Assembly (NCBI GenBank): GCA_000708835.1
Contig: DF237448.1
Coordinates: 3,990 to 67,989, forward strand
Reading direction: 5' to 3'
Source of the DNA: Klebsormidium nitens
Lineage: Eukaryota > Plantae > Klebsormidiophyceae
DNA: 64,000 nt
Below the pieces are notes generated by a model. That model saw only the letters and a program-made list of their open reading frames with translations. It made no database searches and was not told the origin of the DNA. Position numbers and translations under genes: made by a program. Position 1 is the first letter of the stretch. Each line of letters starts with the position of its first letter. Below, piece after piece: positions 24,876 to 37,206 of this stretch.

Positions 24876-27800
24876 ATGTCGCGCGACGAACCGCAATCGG
24901 CGCCGTCTGATCTGGCGATGCTGGACGGTCAGTTGCATCTGGAGGGATGGGGACCGGTCCACGTGGCGCTGACGGATGATGCCATCATCTGGGAGCGGGA
25001 CAAGCGGGGCAAGAGCAGCAAGAAGGTGCGCGATCGGTGGAGGTTGATTCGTATTATTTCTGGTTTATTGGTTCCGATTAGATAGTCACAGTGAGCAAGC
25101 TCTCATTTCGCACAAAAAGGTGCGCGATTAGGGGAGCTCGAATTGCATTTATTCTAGGTTATCGGTTCAGGTTAGATAGTCTCAGCTAGCAAGCTTCCTT
25201 CTGAAACAAGAGTGTGAGCGATCCTCGGAGCTTGTAGCGGAATTGGTCAACTGTTTTGAAAGTACTGCAAGGATGCAATCAGGGTCCCTAAGTCCAAGCT
25301 TGTGACTTCTCCAACCTGTGATGGCCCAGGCTTCACAAAATACCCTATTAGCTAAACTCAGACTCAGGTAGTACAATCTGTGAGAGCCCATTTCTCTTTC
25401 AGGGTTTTGGCTTGTCGTTGTTGGATTGCTTCCGAAAGGTGTATGGTGCACAACCAGCAGTGCCTGCCGCCGGGGAATGTGCATGCCTTCGAGCCGAAGC
25501 TTCGATTTTGCCATGTATACCGTAGTCCAACGTGATGCTTCCGAATAAAGAAATAATTACCTGCGTTCGGAAAGTCAGAAATCCGGATTTCCCATTCCGA
25601 AAGTGGAATTTCGGAAAGGTAAAATATCCTTGAAATGGTCCTCGGAAGCCGTAAAACTGCCAAAAACAGCCAAAAACTCCCCTTTAAAGTGAGATCATAG
25701 GGCATTCGGATTGTTGCTGGAATCAACATAGAGAACTTCCACTTTCCTGGTCGGATTGTCGGGAGATAAGTTGAAATAGATTGGTTCGGAATCATTACGT
25801 TGGACTACGGTACATCCTCTTTCTCTCCTGAGGCTCGAAGTCTGGACCAATTTGCATCCCGTCTTTCCTCACGTGTCTTTTCAGCTTCTTTAACGTCTCT
25901 TTTTCAGAGCTCCGGCATGTCGTTGAAGTGCTCCCGAAGTCGGAGCCTTCCTGCGGCCAGAAGAGCCTGCCGCTGGCCAACGTGTTTGCCGTTGAGCTGA
26001 AAGCTTAAATTTTGCCCTGTATTCTTTTGCCGGTGTTCAGAATGTAAAATGATACTGCATCTTGTATTCAAAACCTCCCTTTCTTCATCTTCCCATAACA
26101 TTTCATTTGAGGGTTCCGGCGTGTCGTTGACTGCTTTCCAAAGTCAGAACACTGCCGCTCAGCACCGTTTTTGTTGCTGAGCCCGAAAGCTTGACTTTGC
26201 CCAACATACACTGCTGCGTTTCTGAAACCTGGACAAATGCTGCGTCTCATCTTTTCACACGGTTTCTTGCGCTATCTAAACGTCTCTTTCTCAGGGCCCC
26301 GGCGTGTCGTTGAACTGCTTCCCGAAGTCGGAGCGATCGCGTGGTCAGAAGAGCCTGCCGCTGAACAACGTGTTTGCCGTTGAGATTGCGGGGCCCGGCT
26401 CGATCGCCGCGCACTCGCGGCTGACCGGGAAGGTGGACAAGATCTGCGGACTGGCGCCGCAATTGAACAGGTAATGTTTCATTTGTTGAGTTCAACTAAA
26501 TCTGGGCTTTCAGAATCTGCTGTTTGATTCTTCATAATCTATCTCGAGATCGATTCGGAGTTCAGCGTGACAGGGATCCTTCGACAGCTCTTTGCTGAAG
26601 TGCCTCCGGCTTATGGGGCATTTTCCGAGGTCACGCATGTGACAGACAGACTGGCTCATAAGATTCATGGCCATCTTGGTCAGTTACGCTCAGGTTCGAT
26701 TGGCGCACGTGCGTACACCGGAGCCGATCTTATGGAAGCTTTTCAAGAAATCAATCAGGAATTGTTTTAGTTTGCGTTTCTGTGACAAAGTTGTAGAACT
26801 TGCAGCGTCAGCCGACCAACAGCAAAATATCGGCCCGTTTTGTTTGCCGGTCACTGTGTAACCACCTCAAAATTGGAGGATCTTGGCGCTTTCTAAGTAG
26901 GTAAGCACTACAAAAAGCAAGAGCAAATCAAAGCACTCACAAGTAAGATCAAAGCATCACTCGCCCCGCACCCATACCCACCCATCTTGAAACCCCTTGG
27001 TGACGTCCTTTCAACGTCATTTTTCGTTGGCCTTGCTAGTCACAATTCTGAGAAAAGTCGTTTGACGATTATACTTTTTTCCCGACGCGAATGTTCGTTC
27101 CTCGAAATGTTCGTTCCTCGATTTTGTGCGACAGATCGGACGATGGAGGACAGGTCCGTCTGAGAGCCGCGGCAGATGCCGACCCGTTTCCAGGCCAGTC
27201 AGTATGTAACCAGATCAGATTGTAAGAGATCTGACTTATAGATGCGGTTCGGTTGTTTTCCTCGCGCAGCTTCATAGTGCACACGAACCGAATATTCAAG
27301 GACAGCTCCGTCTGGAAGCGGCCACCTGCGTGGCGCTACCCTTCACGTATTTGAGAGCCACCCTCATGAGAGTTCCTTTCGAAACGAGTTCTAATGCGAC
27401 TCATGTTTTTTTTTCTGTTGCCGCGCACAGGTTTATTGTGCACACGTTCCGAAAGATGAAGGACAGCTCCGTCTGGGAGCCGCGGCAGCGGGTTTTCGGC
27501 CATGCCGAGGTGGAGGTCTGCAACGCGTGGGTGACTAAGATCCAGGCGGCTCTCAGCGCGGACGTCAAACGGCCCAAGTCTTTGCTGGTTAGTGCTAACC
27601 ACTACTGAATCGTAGTCTGCATTTGTTGACTTAAGGGCAGGGCACGTTGCAAATTTTAGTATTTGACGAGCATTCAACGAAGTTCTGGAAGTGACCAGAA
27701 CCCAAGCGGCTCTCAGGGCGGACGTCAAACGGCCCAAGTCTTTGCTGGGAAGCGTCGATAGATTTGCATCTCCACATCCAATGTATTGCACGGACTGATT

Positions 27801-30800
27801 CTGGAGGACTGTGACAATCTTGATAGGGGTGACTGCGGATCGGAAACGGGCTAACTCTTTGCTTAGCAACTCAAACTATTTCTGACGGATCTGGGGGTTT
27901 TCTAAAATCTCGCAGTTTTACCTTCTTTTAACTGTGCTGAGTGACCCTAGTCGCAGTTCCAAGCGTGGTTCGCGATTGTACCTGATCAACAAATGGGGTC
28001 ACTTTATCTGATTATGGTAAATCAACCTTTTCAGGTTCTGGTCAACCTGCACAGTGGCATCTGCCAGACTGTTGAAAGCTAAGAGCGCATGCCCCCGCTT
28101 TAAGCTTTTGCTGAGGTGTTTGCGAAGTTTTGACTGCTTATTCCTCGTTTGATGTTTTATATCATAATATTTACTCTCTGTCTCCCAGGTTTTGGTCAAC
28201 CCCTACGATTGGGAGCCTCAGACGTGGAGACGCATTGCCTCGGTCTTCACTCTTGCGAGCACCCAATGTCATCACAATCGGTTTAGTGTCTGCCACTTTG
28301 ATTGTGTAACTTCAGATGCCCACATTCTAACCCAAATACGTTATCTTTTCCAGGTTTTGGTCAACCCCTTTGGCGGCAAGCGCCAGGCCGTTCAAACCTG
28401 GGAGCGCATTGCCCCGTTGTTTGCTCTCGCGGGCGCGAAATGCGAAGTCGTCAAGACCAAGTCCGTCGGGCACGCGTTCAATTTGATGGACCAAGCGTCA
28501 GATGGCGAGCTCCAATCATGGGACGGAATCGTTGTGGTTGGGGGAGACGGTTTGTTTAACGAGGTTCTTAACGGGTTGCTCATCGGGCGGCACTGCGCGC
28601 CCCCGCCCGTCGTGCCGCAACGGAGCGTTTCGGCGGAGGAAGGGGGGGAGGCCAAGAGTGCAGCAGAGCAGGTAAGCTGCCCCCCAGTAAAATTCGAATC
28701 TGAGTTTCGGCTTCTGAACGAGTATTCCTGCAACCATTTGTCTTCTTCAGTTCGTGCCTTGACAGGTTGTGTTGGTGTGGGAGTAGGGGCAAAGCAGGAA
28801 AGTGTTGCGCTCCTACTTTCCTGCTGGTCTCATCTGACAGGGTCCCTTGCCATCGTTGTGTACGAGAATAAAAGTCCACAGATCGCCAGCTGAAGGTACG
28901 ACGGTGTTCCAAGGCGATTCAGCCAATTCTGACGCGAATCTCTCTTCTCCGGAGAACCCTAGAAACATAACAGGTCGAAAGCCGAAAACACGTGAATTGT
29001 GAAGTTGCAGGGCACGAAGGAGAGCGGCTTCCAGCAGCTCCGCCGCACCACCTCCGGCATATTCCCGGAGTCATCCACTGAAGGCTACTTTCTTACTTCT
29101 GAAGCGTTCTTCTCTTCCTATGGAAAAAACACTGAAAACTTGCCAGGGCTTTAAGCCCTAAAATTGCAGGGCACCAAGAAGAGCGGCTACCAGCAGCTCC
29201 GCCCCACCACCTCCGGCATTCCCCCGGTAGTATTCACCGAGACACAGTTCTTGATCTTTTGAGACATCTTGAAAAGCACGAAAGTCTTGAGATCTTGAGA
29301 CTCTCGACCGCAGGGGACCAAGAAGAGCGGCTACCAGCAGGTCCGCCTCTCCACATCCTACATATCCCCCCTAGTATCGACTGATGCACAGTTTCGTCCA
29401 ATACTACACAATTTTCTTCTAAGAAACTGCAAAAACCTCAAATATCAAAAGTTTGAAATTGCAGGGATTCAAATGTTTGAAATTGCAAGGAACCAAGAAA
29501 AGCGGCTACCAGCAGCTCCGCCCCACAACTTTCAGCAATTTCTCGGTAGTAGCCACCAAGGCACAGTTTCTCCCATTTTCAAGGCAATAATCGTATTTCC
29601 AACGCAATATTTGGCTTTTGAGATTGCAAAACTTCTGAATTCTACAGATCTGTAAATGCAGGGCACCAAAAAGAGCGGCTACCAGCAGCTCCGTCCCACC
29701 ACCCCCGGCCTTCCCCCGGTAGTATCCATCGAGACACAATCCTTGGTCTTTCGGGAAATCTCGAAAGTACAAAACTCTTGCAAAATGCTGAAACTTTGAA
29801 CGCGCAGGGTACCAAGAAGAGTGGCTACCAGCAGCTCCGCCCCACCACCTCCGGCGTTCCTCCGGTAGTATCCACCGAGGCAACCCCCGACCCCGTTCCC
29901 GGCCCAAACCGCCCTGAAGTGCACCGCTCCTCGAGTCACGTCCGGCATGGGCACCGTCGTGCCAACTCGTCGGGGGTTGTTATCCCGACCAGTTTCGACG
30001 CCGAGGATCCGCTTCTTGCGCCCGGGATGCTGAGCCTGGCGTCTGTGACTGTGGATAAGAATCGGTGAGTAGTGGGCTTCAATGTCCAGATGCTTGTACG
30101 CTCAGCTTGATTGATTCCAGGCGTAGCAATCAGCTCTAGACTCTCCAGTCCGAAGATACGAGTACGGTATTGGGATACGAGATTCTGCAGGAAGGGAAGA
30201 AGCTTCGTTTACTACTACCTCGAAAGTGTTGCTTATTCCAGTTGTCTTTGGAGTCGTCCAAAGAGTAAAACTCATGATCCATAGCTGTTGCGACTCACGA
30301 GCTGTCCGTCTTTTGACTATCAGGGCCGTCGTCTCGGTCACCGCAACCATTGGCATCCGCAACCCCGACGCCCAGTCTGCCGGCGGCGAGGCCTTCTCCG
30401 ACGCATCTCCCGCCACCGCTTCCGCTACCGCAACCGTAACCGCTGAAGTTCTCGACTACGAAATGCAAGCTTCCACTCCGGACGGTAAAGCTGGTGATGG
30501 CGGCAAGGATAAGGCCAGGGTTAGCATTGACGGCCCGGTTACGTCTAACCTCCTCGGAACCCTCCCCCCCGACCACCCCGCCGCGGCCGCGGCCATTGCG
30601 GCGGCGGCGCGAGCGGCCGAGGCCGCCGCGATCGCCGCGGCCCGTTCGCGTGCTTCGTCGCCGTTCTCGCCAGCGGTTACGTCGTATGGTGTTAACCCGG
30701 AACCGCTAACCCTCCCGGCGGCGCTAACCCCGGTCCAAACCCAAACGGAAACCCTGGAGGCGCCAAAGGAGCCGGTTCCGCCGCCGAGCCTCAACACACC

Positions 30801-33800
30801 GGTTGGGATTGAGCCGTTGCAAATACCGAGTCCCACTAACCCGATGGTTACTGCAGCCGTCGGGCCCTTCAACCCGAGCAAGTTACCGACGATCCATTCC
30901 GGGTTTGTGACGGAGGACGCTTTGCAGAGTGCGGCGAGATTGGGACTGAACGAAGCGACCACGATTTTGACGCCGAGAGGGGGGTCGGCTGTGCTGGAAA
31001 GATTTGAGGAAGGAACGGCAGAAGCGGTGGAGCGGCAAGAGGCGTCGATCATCGAGGGAATTCTGCCGCCAGGAGCGCTTCAGAAGTGGCCGTTGGTGGG
31101 GAAGAAGATCAGGATCGGGTTGATTCCGGCAGGTAAGGGAGTGCCTATCCTGGTACTTTTTGGCTATTGTGTTTCCCTTTGTTGTTGCGGTAATCTGCTC
31201 AACCTTGATGTCGTCGGTTCGCATTCCTTGGGACACGTCAGAAGGAGTGTGATTTGAGTCTTTTTCAAGAAGTGGTTCTTCGCAAATCTCCTCGACCTTC
31301 ATCTTACGAAGAGTATTCCTTCGTGTCTACGAAGTCGGCGAATCTTAGGTCAGATTGTGAGTTCCACCTCAACCGGTTGCGATTGCTTAACCGTTTGCCG
31401 ACAAGCGCAATCTGTCCATATCTTACGAGAACGGATCCTTGTCATGCCGTCTTGGCCCCAGGTCCCGCTTACCACTACGCCAGAACAGACTGTCAATATT
31501 TAGGTGACCACATTCTTTGTTCGGAGAAGGGGCATCTACTTGCTGCAAAACTACTGCTTCAGAAGGCCAACCGTTCTCAACGCGCATTGCAACTTCTTAA
31601 GTACCCTCGAGGCGTCACGGTGTCGTTTCGAGTCACTTCACGGTGTCGTTTCCAGTCTACTCCATTTGCGCTCTCTCTGATCATCTGACTCCGTGCGTAG
31701 TCTGCTGAGACAACTTGTCGGGAGCTCACCCTTACTTCATGACCCGCTATACTGACGACTTCGACGGCCTCTCCGCAGGCTCAACTGACACAGTCGCAGT
31801 CTCCACCAACGGCGCGCGCGATCCCATCACTGCCGCTCTGCACATCCTTCTCGGCGACCGCTTACCGCTGGACGTGGTGCGCGTGACGGCCTGGGACTAT
31901 CAGCACGAGGTTTGTACTCATGTTTTTAGAGGGATGTTGCTTTTACAACTCTGAGAGACAGATTCTACGATTAGCTGTTTCGCGTTTCTACGAGTGTTAT
32001 GCTTTGTTTGGAGTGCTGAAAGTGGTTGGCTAGGAACTATCGTATGAGAAATCGCTCGTCTGTTTTGCGAATATCGTGGCGGGATGTTGTAAGCACGAGT
32101 TTTCGTTGCGGGGATCATTGTTTTCTAGGATGTAGGACGAGCCATAGGTCTCGCTGGTTAATGAGCGCCATGTGAGTGACTTGGGAGTTGATGAAGCGAC
32201 GGCCCGGGACTATGAGCACCAGTGTGTGCTCTTTCCTCTACGCGAGATCCTGACCGTTGACTTTACTCTTTTGGCCCAGGGAGGTAGTCCCGACCCTGGT
32301 CATGCCGGAATGGCAAACTTTGAATCTGTTCAATCGCGTTTGCACGAACGTGACGGCCACCTCCGATTGGGCTGCTTAACCCTCACCCGTTAAACCTCTC
32401 TGAAAGTTGAAACCCTGAAAATCTTTTCTTCGACCAGGGAGGGCGTCCCGGCCCTGACCATGTTGAGATGGCCAACTACGGGCGGCCCCCAGTGAAAAGT
32501 ACTCAGAACTTTCAGGCATGGGTTTGTTTCCCTCTATGAATTGTGAACTCCGTAATTCAGCCGGATGAGCGGAAAGGGATGCCGTTTTCGTCCACTTTCC
32601 CGACAGTTGGATCGACCACATGAGCATTCGTCTGCTGATTCCACAAATACGTTTATCTTTCTTCGACCAGGGAGGGCGCCCCGACTCCGACCATGTCGAG
32701 ATGGCGAACTACGGGCGGGCCCCCAGTTTCGTTTGCTCCGGCCTATGGCAACCGGGTAAAGAGATGAACATGTGATTAATGACTGCACAAACGCGATTTT
32801 TGTAAAGCCGGGCTACGGGTGAATATTACACAATGAACGGTCTTTTGATTGTCAACCAGGGAGGGCGTCCCGACCCCGACCATGTCGAGATGGCCAACTA
32901 CGGGCGGGCTCCCAGTGAACAGCACCGGGGGAGGGGCTCGGGGCATCTGCACACGGAGCACGAGGACCCGCGGCGGCCACACGTGCGCTACGCAGCGTCG
33001 TTTGCGGGGTGAGGCATTTTATGCGTCCTGATGTTCCCGTCACATTTTCGGCTTTAGTAAATTTTTAATAATCTTATCTACGCGGCAGTCGTAAATTTCG
33101 TAGCTGTTTTGCGGTCTCTGTCAATGAGCGGTGTGTTTGACGAGAAGGAAGGCCGGCGGGCCGAACGGGCGCTACGCAGCGTCGTTTACGGGGTGGGCAC
33201 TTTTCTCAGCACTTCCGTCTCGGGCTTGGCTATTCGTTTTGCATGTACGCGGCTGGCAGTTCTGAATACAAAAGTTGGAGCTGTCTCCCGCTCGCTGTTG
33301 AAGGCCTTCTTCAGGCCCCCTGGTCCTTTTCTCTGTGTCAAAATCCTCGAAAACCAACCACGTACCTTCGCTTGTAGCACGTCGAGGTTTTTGCTTAATG
33401 CAAAATCGATGGGGATGTTATCCTCCCATCTTCATACACGCAAGCCCTTGTGTGAAGCGATGGTTCTGGAGAAACAGGTTCCGGCAGCTTCGATTTGTTT
33501 TGCTCGGTTAAAAAGGGGAATCTAACGGAATGCTGAGCAGATGCAGATGCGATACTTGAAAAGATTGGGAGTTTCCCTATCTCGCCAGGCGCTCAAGTTT
33601 TCTGCTCACACCTGATCGGCCCCGTTCCGTTTGCCAAATTTCTACAATCGACATTCATTCTGATTAGAGGTTTGACCTAGTCTTAGGTAGTCAAAATTTG
33701 CGTTCTGTACTGAGTTCCACCTCTTAACCGAGACTTACTTTCGCTGCCTTCTCTAGGTACGGCTTCTATGGTGACGTCATGCGGGAGAGTGAGCTGTATC

Positions 33801-36800
33801 GGTGGATGGGCCCCGCGCGCTACGACTACGCAGGCCTGCGCACATTCCTCCGGCACAGGTGAGACTGCGTTTGTGTGGCTGCAAGCATTTCTGCCTTGTG
33901 CAGCAGATTCGCGGCTCTGGTCCCTGTGGTTTCCTGCGGAACGTCGGCCGGTAGGGGTGCGCCCACCTTCCTTTTCGCGGAAACAGAAAAGGAAAAGAAG
34001 GAAACGAAACAGATAAATAGAACAATCCTTGCAACTAAAACAAAGACAAAAAACAGACTTGCGGCAGAACGGAAATGAACACGGTCAAGGCTGACGTTTT
34101 GATCTGAGATATTAAGGAGCGAAGAGCACGTGCTCGGGCTTTTGCTTGGATTGGAGAACTCGCTTTGGCAGATTCTAGAGACGTAGCAGTTAGTGACGGA
34201 CACCGGACATCCTTGCGCCATCTGCATCCTCCGTACTCAGAAGTCTATGGAGGACGTTTGACGTGGAGACACCCTGATGAAAACAGACATAGTGCTGAAC
34301 CTTCTCGTGATCTTTCTCCAAAAAGCTGATGTCCTGCTTTTTTTAACAAGGAAATCTAGGCGCAGTGTTAGCTTCCCGCAAAACCCAAAGTATGCTGAAC
34401 TGATGTTAGACGTGCTGTTTTCGTATCTAAAGCGGGCGAAATCGTTTGTGTCAGCAGTACAAATTTACCCGGGTACCTTTTTTCTCTCCAATAGAGCTCA
34501 GCCATCTCGTTGTACCCAAGACGTCTGACGAGAACCTCCGCCGTGATTGCAGACAAACATCGCTGAACCCTTTCCGATTTTTCTTCTGAGCATTATCAAG
34601 TTTTCTTAAACAGGCTGTTTTCTCTTTTCCCAGGACGTACGAGGCGGAGATCACGTATCTAGAGCGGGGGAAAACGTTCGATCCGTCCGGAACCACCAGC
34701 AAGCCGGGGCACCGCAGAAGCAACAGCCGCGTGGTGTGCCGGGTTGCCTGCCACGTGTGCTCCAAAGCGGGGGACGAGGAACGAGAAGCGGAAGCGGTTG
34801 GCACGACGGATTTGGTGGGCGAGTATAAGCCCAAGGCGCTATGGCGGACCCTGCGGGTGAGCGGTCCGCTTATATTAGGAATTTTCTTCTTTTGTGTAGC
34901 TCCTTCATTGGAGCGAGAGCGAAAGCGAAGCGGAGTATGTAAGGCGCTAAGGCGGACCCTGCTGGTGAGCGGTCGCTTATATCAACCTTTTAATTGGTTT
35001 GTGGGTGCCGGTTTACTTAGTGTAGGACCGTCAACGGAGCGACAGCAAAAGTGAAGCGGAGTACAAAAGCCCAAGGCGCTATTGCGGACCCCTGTTGCCC
35101 GCTCACATTCACTCCCCTTTGCGTTTGTGCCGAGCTTTTAGGGGCAATTCACATTTTCTCAAAAGCGGACAAAAGAAAACTTGGGTGCGATGGGAATAGC
35201 CGACACGGCCAAGGCGCTATCGCCGACGTTGCAAACAGGTACTTCTGTGCTTGTACAGATTCAAACACTTATATCTTCCTGGAATCTATGACACCCGTTG
35301 AGTTGAAGGGGTCCAAACCGCCCAGAAAGTACTCCGAACCGGGAACTGTTCGGATTTCTTGTGGTGCAGCAGCATAGCTCGTGCGAAAATTCTCATGTCT
35401 CACAACTGTATCTCTTTAGTCCTCTCTGTGAAACCAGTCTGCGACCGCGTTAATCATACAATTATACGTTTGACAAAACTGGTGGGTGTTCCCGGCAGGG
35501 CTCAATCTCGTATAATTGTTGACTCGTGTTCCGTCTTAACCCTTCTCAAACCCCTCGGTAATCCTTCCTCTGCTTTTTATCCAGCTATTAACCCTGTTTT
35601 TTACTCACGCTTTCAGCGTGAGTACAACAGCTGGCCGGCAAGTCGCGGTGAATCCTTGGAAGTTTTTGTTGACCCTTGATTGCCTAAACCCGTCCCTGAA
35701 AACCTTCATTGCACCTGAACTCCTCTCCTCAACCAGCTTCTAACCCTGATTATAACTCTCCACAGGGCGAGTACCACAGCGTGGCTGGGGCCGTGATGGC
35801 GTGCCGCAACGACAAGGCGCCAGATGGCATCTCGACATTCGCCCATTTGTCGGACGGGCGCATGGACCTGATTCTCATCAAGGACTGCTCGCGCCTCGAG
35901 TACTTGCGTCAGTTGATCCGGCTCGCGCGCAAGGGAGCTGATCCGTTTGACCTGCCCTTTGTTGAGACGCACAAGGTGAATTTTGAGCTTTCAAGGGTTT
36001 CAGCAAATGCTGAGAACAAGGAGAAAAATCGATTGCAGGCTCCAGAAGTGTAAAGTATTCAGGAGCCAGAATCTGTTTGGAACCGAATACTGCTGTTGCT
36101 CCTCATCCGTGAACAAGCGGAGCCTTTTCATCTGTCCTTCGGGGGAGCACAAAGGGAAGGCTTGGAGCATACACGGTAGCTTTTGTTGTAGAGCTTTTGA
36201 AGGGCGGTTGCTTGACTTTGGCTTTAGCTGATGCCCTCTATTGCTGTTGGAGCGACCTTCCGTTTAGATGGTTGTTGAAGGCTTCCCGATAGTGCTGGTT
36301 TCCCTGTCCATGCTTCGCTGAAAGGTTCCAACTTGAATGGAACACCAGATTCTGGAGGTTTCTGGTCCCCAAGATGCGTTGAGGCTAATTGGGACGACAG
36401 AGTGGTCTGTCCATTGCCGAAGGACAGCCAGAGGTCTGACCCGATCGATCTGTGCACCAAACCGAAATTAATGCTGCGCCCAAGTTTCCAAAGCCCACAC
36501 GTGAAAGGTTGGACAAACTCCCATAATTGGTGTATCCCAGTTCGAGGAGTTCGGTCGATCGAGTGCTGTGCTTCGTTACCTTGCAGACATTCCAAATCCA
36601 CTTCCAGTCCAACTCGAATTGATTTTCAGTCGGGCTCTCGAAGAAAAGTTCGATCTCGTGCTTGCGCCGCGCCCAAGTTTTACGAGTCCAAGTCGTGTGT
36701 TGGTCTGATATAACTACCATAAGTCAGAAAACCGTACCGTAGTCCAACGTAATGATTCCGTATGGATCGACTATAATTCCCCTTCGTCAAAGTCAAAATT

Positions 36801-37206
36801 CGGATTTCCCATTCGGAAAGTAAAATCTCGGAAAGGTAAGATAACCTTCAAATAGTCCTCGGAAGCCGTAAAGCTGCCAAAAACAGCCCGAAACTCCCCT
36901 TCCAAAGGGCATTTGGATACGGGTCGGAATCAGCATAAGTTATCCCACTTTCCTGGTTGTTGGAAATAATTCGAAATAAATCGTTTGGAATCATCACGTT
37001 GGACTACCGCACCCCCATTTTGATCTCTTCAGGTTTCGACTCACGCATCTGCTTCCGTTCTTTTGCAGACCTCCCAGTTCCATTTCCGGTCGCTCGGCCA
37101 GCAGAGCACATGGAACGTGGACGGGGAGCTCCTGAAAGCGCGCGAGTTGTCCGCGCAAGTGTTCCGAGGCCTTGTCGACATCTTTGCGCGCGGGCCCGAA
37201 GCCTGA
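24876..37206 (+). CDS. CERK: Ceramide kinase (DAGK/sphingosine kinase family, plant ACD5-type), 12 exons, ~939 aa
   Basis: Exons 24876-25025, 26295-26470, 27431-27587, 28354-28671, 29808-30064, 30324-31132, 31779-31909, 32860-33008, 33757-33858, 34634-34856, 35766-35975 and 37069-37206 join in phase (2820 nt). Motifs: VNPFGGK, VGGDGLFNEVLNGL, GLIPAGSTD, GYGFYGDVMRESELYRWMGPARYDYAG, the CERK-specific CRVACHVC (CxxxCxxC), CRNDKAPDG, HLSDG, WNVDGE, C-terminal FARGPE. A possible extra upstream coding exon lies at 24183-24246. Confidence 0.95.
25520..25810. mobile_element. Tc1/mariner-type MITE, 291 bp, TA TSD (CERK intron 1)
   Basis: TA|CCGTAGTCCAACGTGATG ... CATTACGTTGGACTACGG|TA. A related copy lies at 36737-37009. 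Confidence 0.85.
25890..26200 (+). repeat. Two echoes of CERK exon 2 acceptor plus 5' end
   Basis: ttttcag|AGCTCCGGCATGTCGTTGAAGTGCTCCCGAAGTCGGAG (25908) and tttgag|GGTTCCGGCGTGTCGTTGACTGCTTTCC (26112), versus the real tctcag|GGCCCCGGCGTGTCGTTGAACTGCTTCCCGAAGTCGGAG (26295). Confidence 0.85.
27110..27760 (+). repeat. Echoes on both sides of CERK exon 3
   Basis: 5'-end copies at ~27125-27175 and ~27265-27320 (GGACAGCTCCGTCTGG). 3'-end copy at 27705-27750 (GCGGCTCTCAGGGCGGACGTCAAACGGCCCAAGTCTTTGCTG|GG), whose donor GT has become GG. Confidence 0.8.
28025..28270 (+). repeat. Two echoes of CERK exon 4 acceptor plus 5' end
   Basis: ttttcag|GTTCTGGTCAACC (28035) and tctcccag|GTTTTGGTCAACCCCTACG (28189), versus the real ttttccag|GTTTTGGTCAACCCCTTTG (28354). 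Confidence 0.85.
29000..29740 (+). repeat. Five-to-six-copy echo array of CERK exon 5 acceptor plus first ~70 nt
   Basis: The unit TGCAG|GGCACCAAGAAGAGCGGCTACCAGCAGCTCCGCCCCACCACC starts at 29011, 29170, 29314, 29490 (with a stub at 29465) and 29662. The real exon starts at 29808. Confidence 0.92.
32180..33200 (+). repeat. Echoes around CERK exons 7 and 8
   Basis: Exon 8 acceptor copies at 32280, 32438 and 32671 (GACCAG|GGAGGGCG...GACCATGTCGAGATGGC...; real 32860). Exon 8 donor copy at 33165-33198. Exon 7 3'-end copy at ~32190-32230. Confidence 0.88.
34930..35660 (+). repeat. Echoes of CERK exon 10 3' end and exon 11 5' end
   Basis: AAGGCGCTA...GCGGACCCT copies at ~34940 (with GTGAGC), ~35070 and ~35210. 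Acceptor copy tttcag|CGTGAGTACAACAGC at 35617, versus the real cacag|GGCGAGTACCACAGC at 35766. Confidence 0.75.
36737..37009. mobile_element. Second copy of the CCGTAGTCCAACGT-TIR MITE (CERK last intron)
   Basis: TA|CCGTAGTCCAACGTAATG ... CATCACGTTGGACTACCG. The interior aligns with 25520-25810 (e.g. GGTCCTCGGAAGCCGTAAAACTGCCAAAAACAGCC versus AGTCCTCGGAAGCCGTAAAGCTGCCAAAAACAGCC). The 3' end and TSD are degenerate. Confidence 0.8.

Noticed and set aside
29000-29740. Regularly spaced repeats with variable spacers resembling a CRISPR array (also 59213-59900)
   Set aside because: The repeats are degenerate copies of adjacent exon ends in eukaryotic introns, with 150-180 bp periods and no cas genes.
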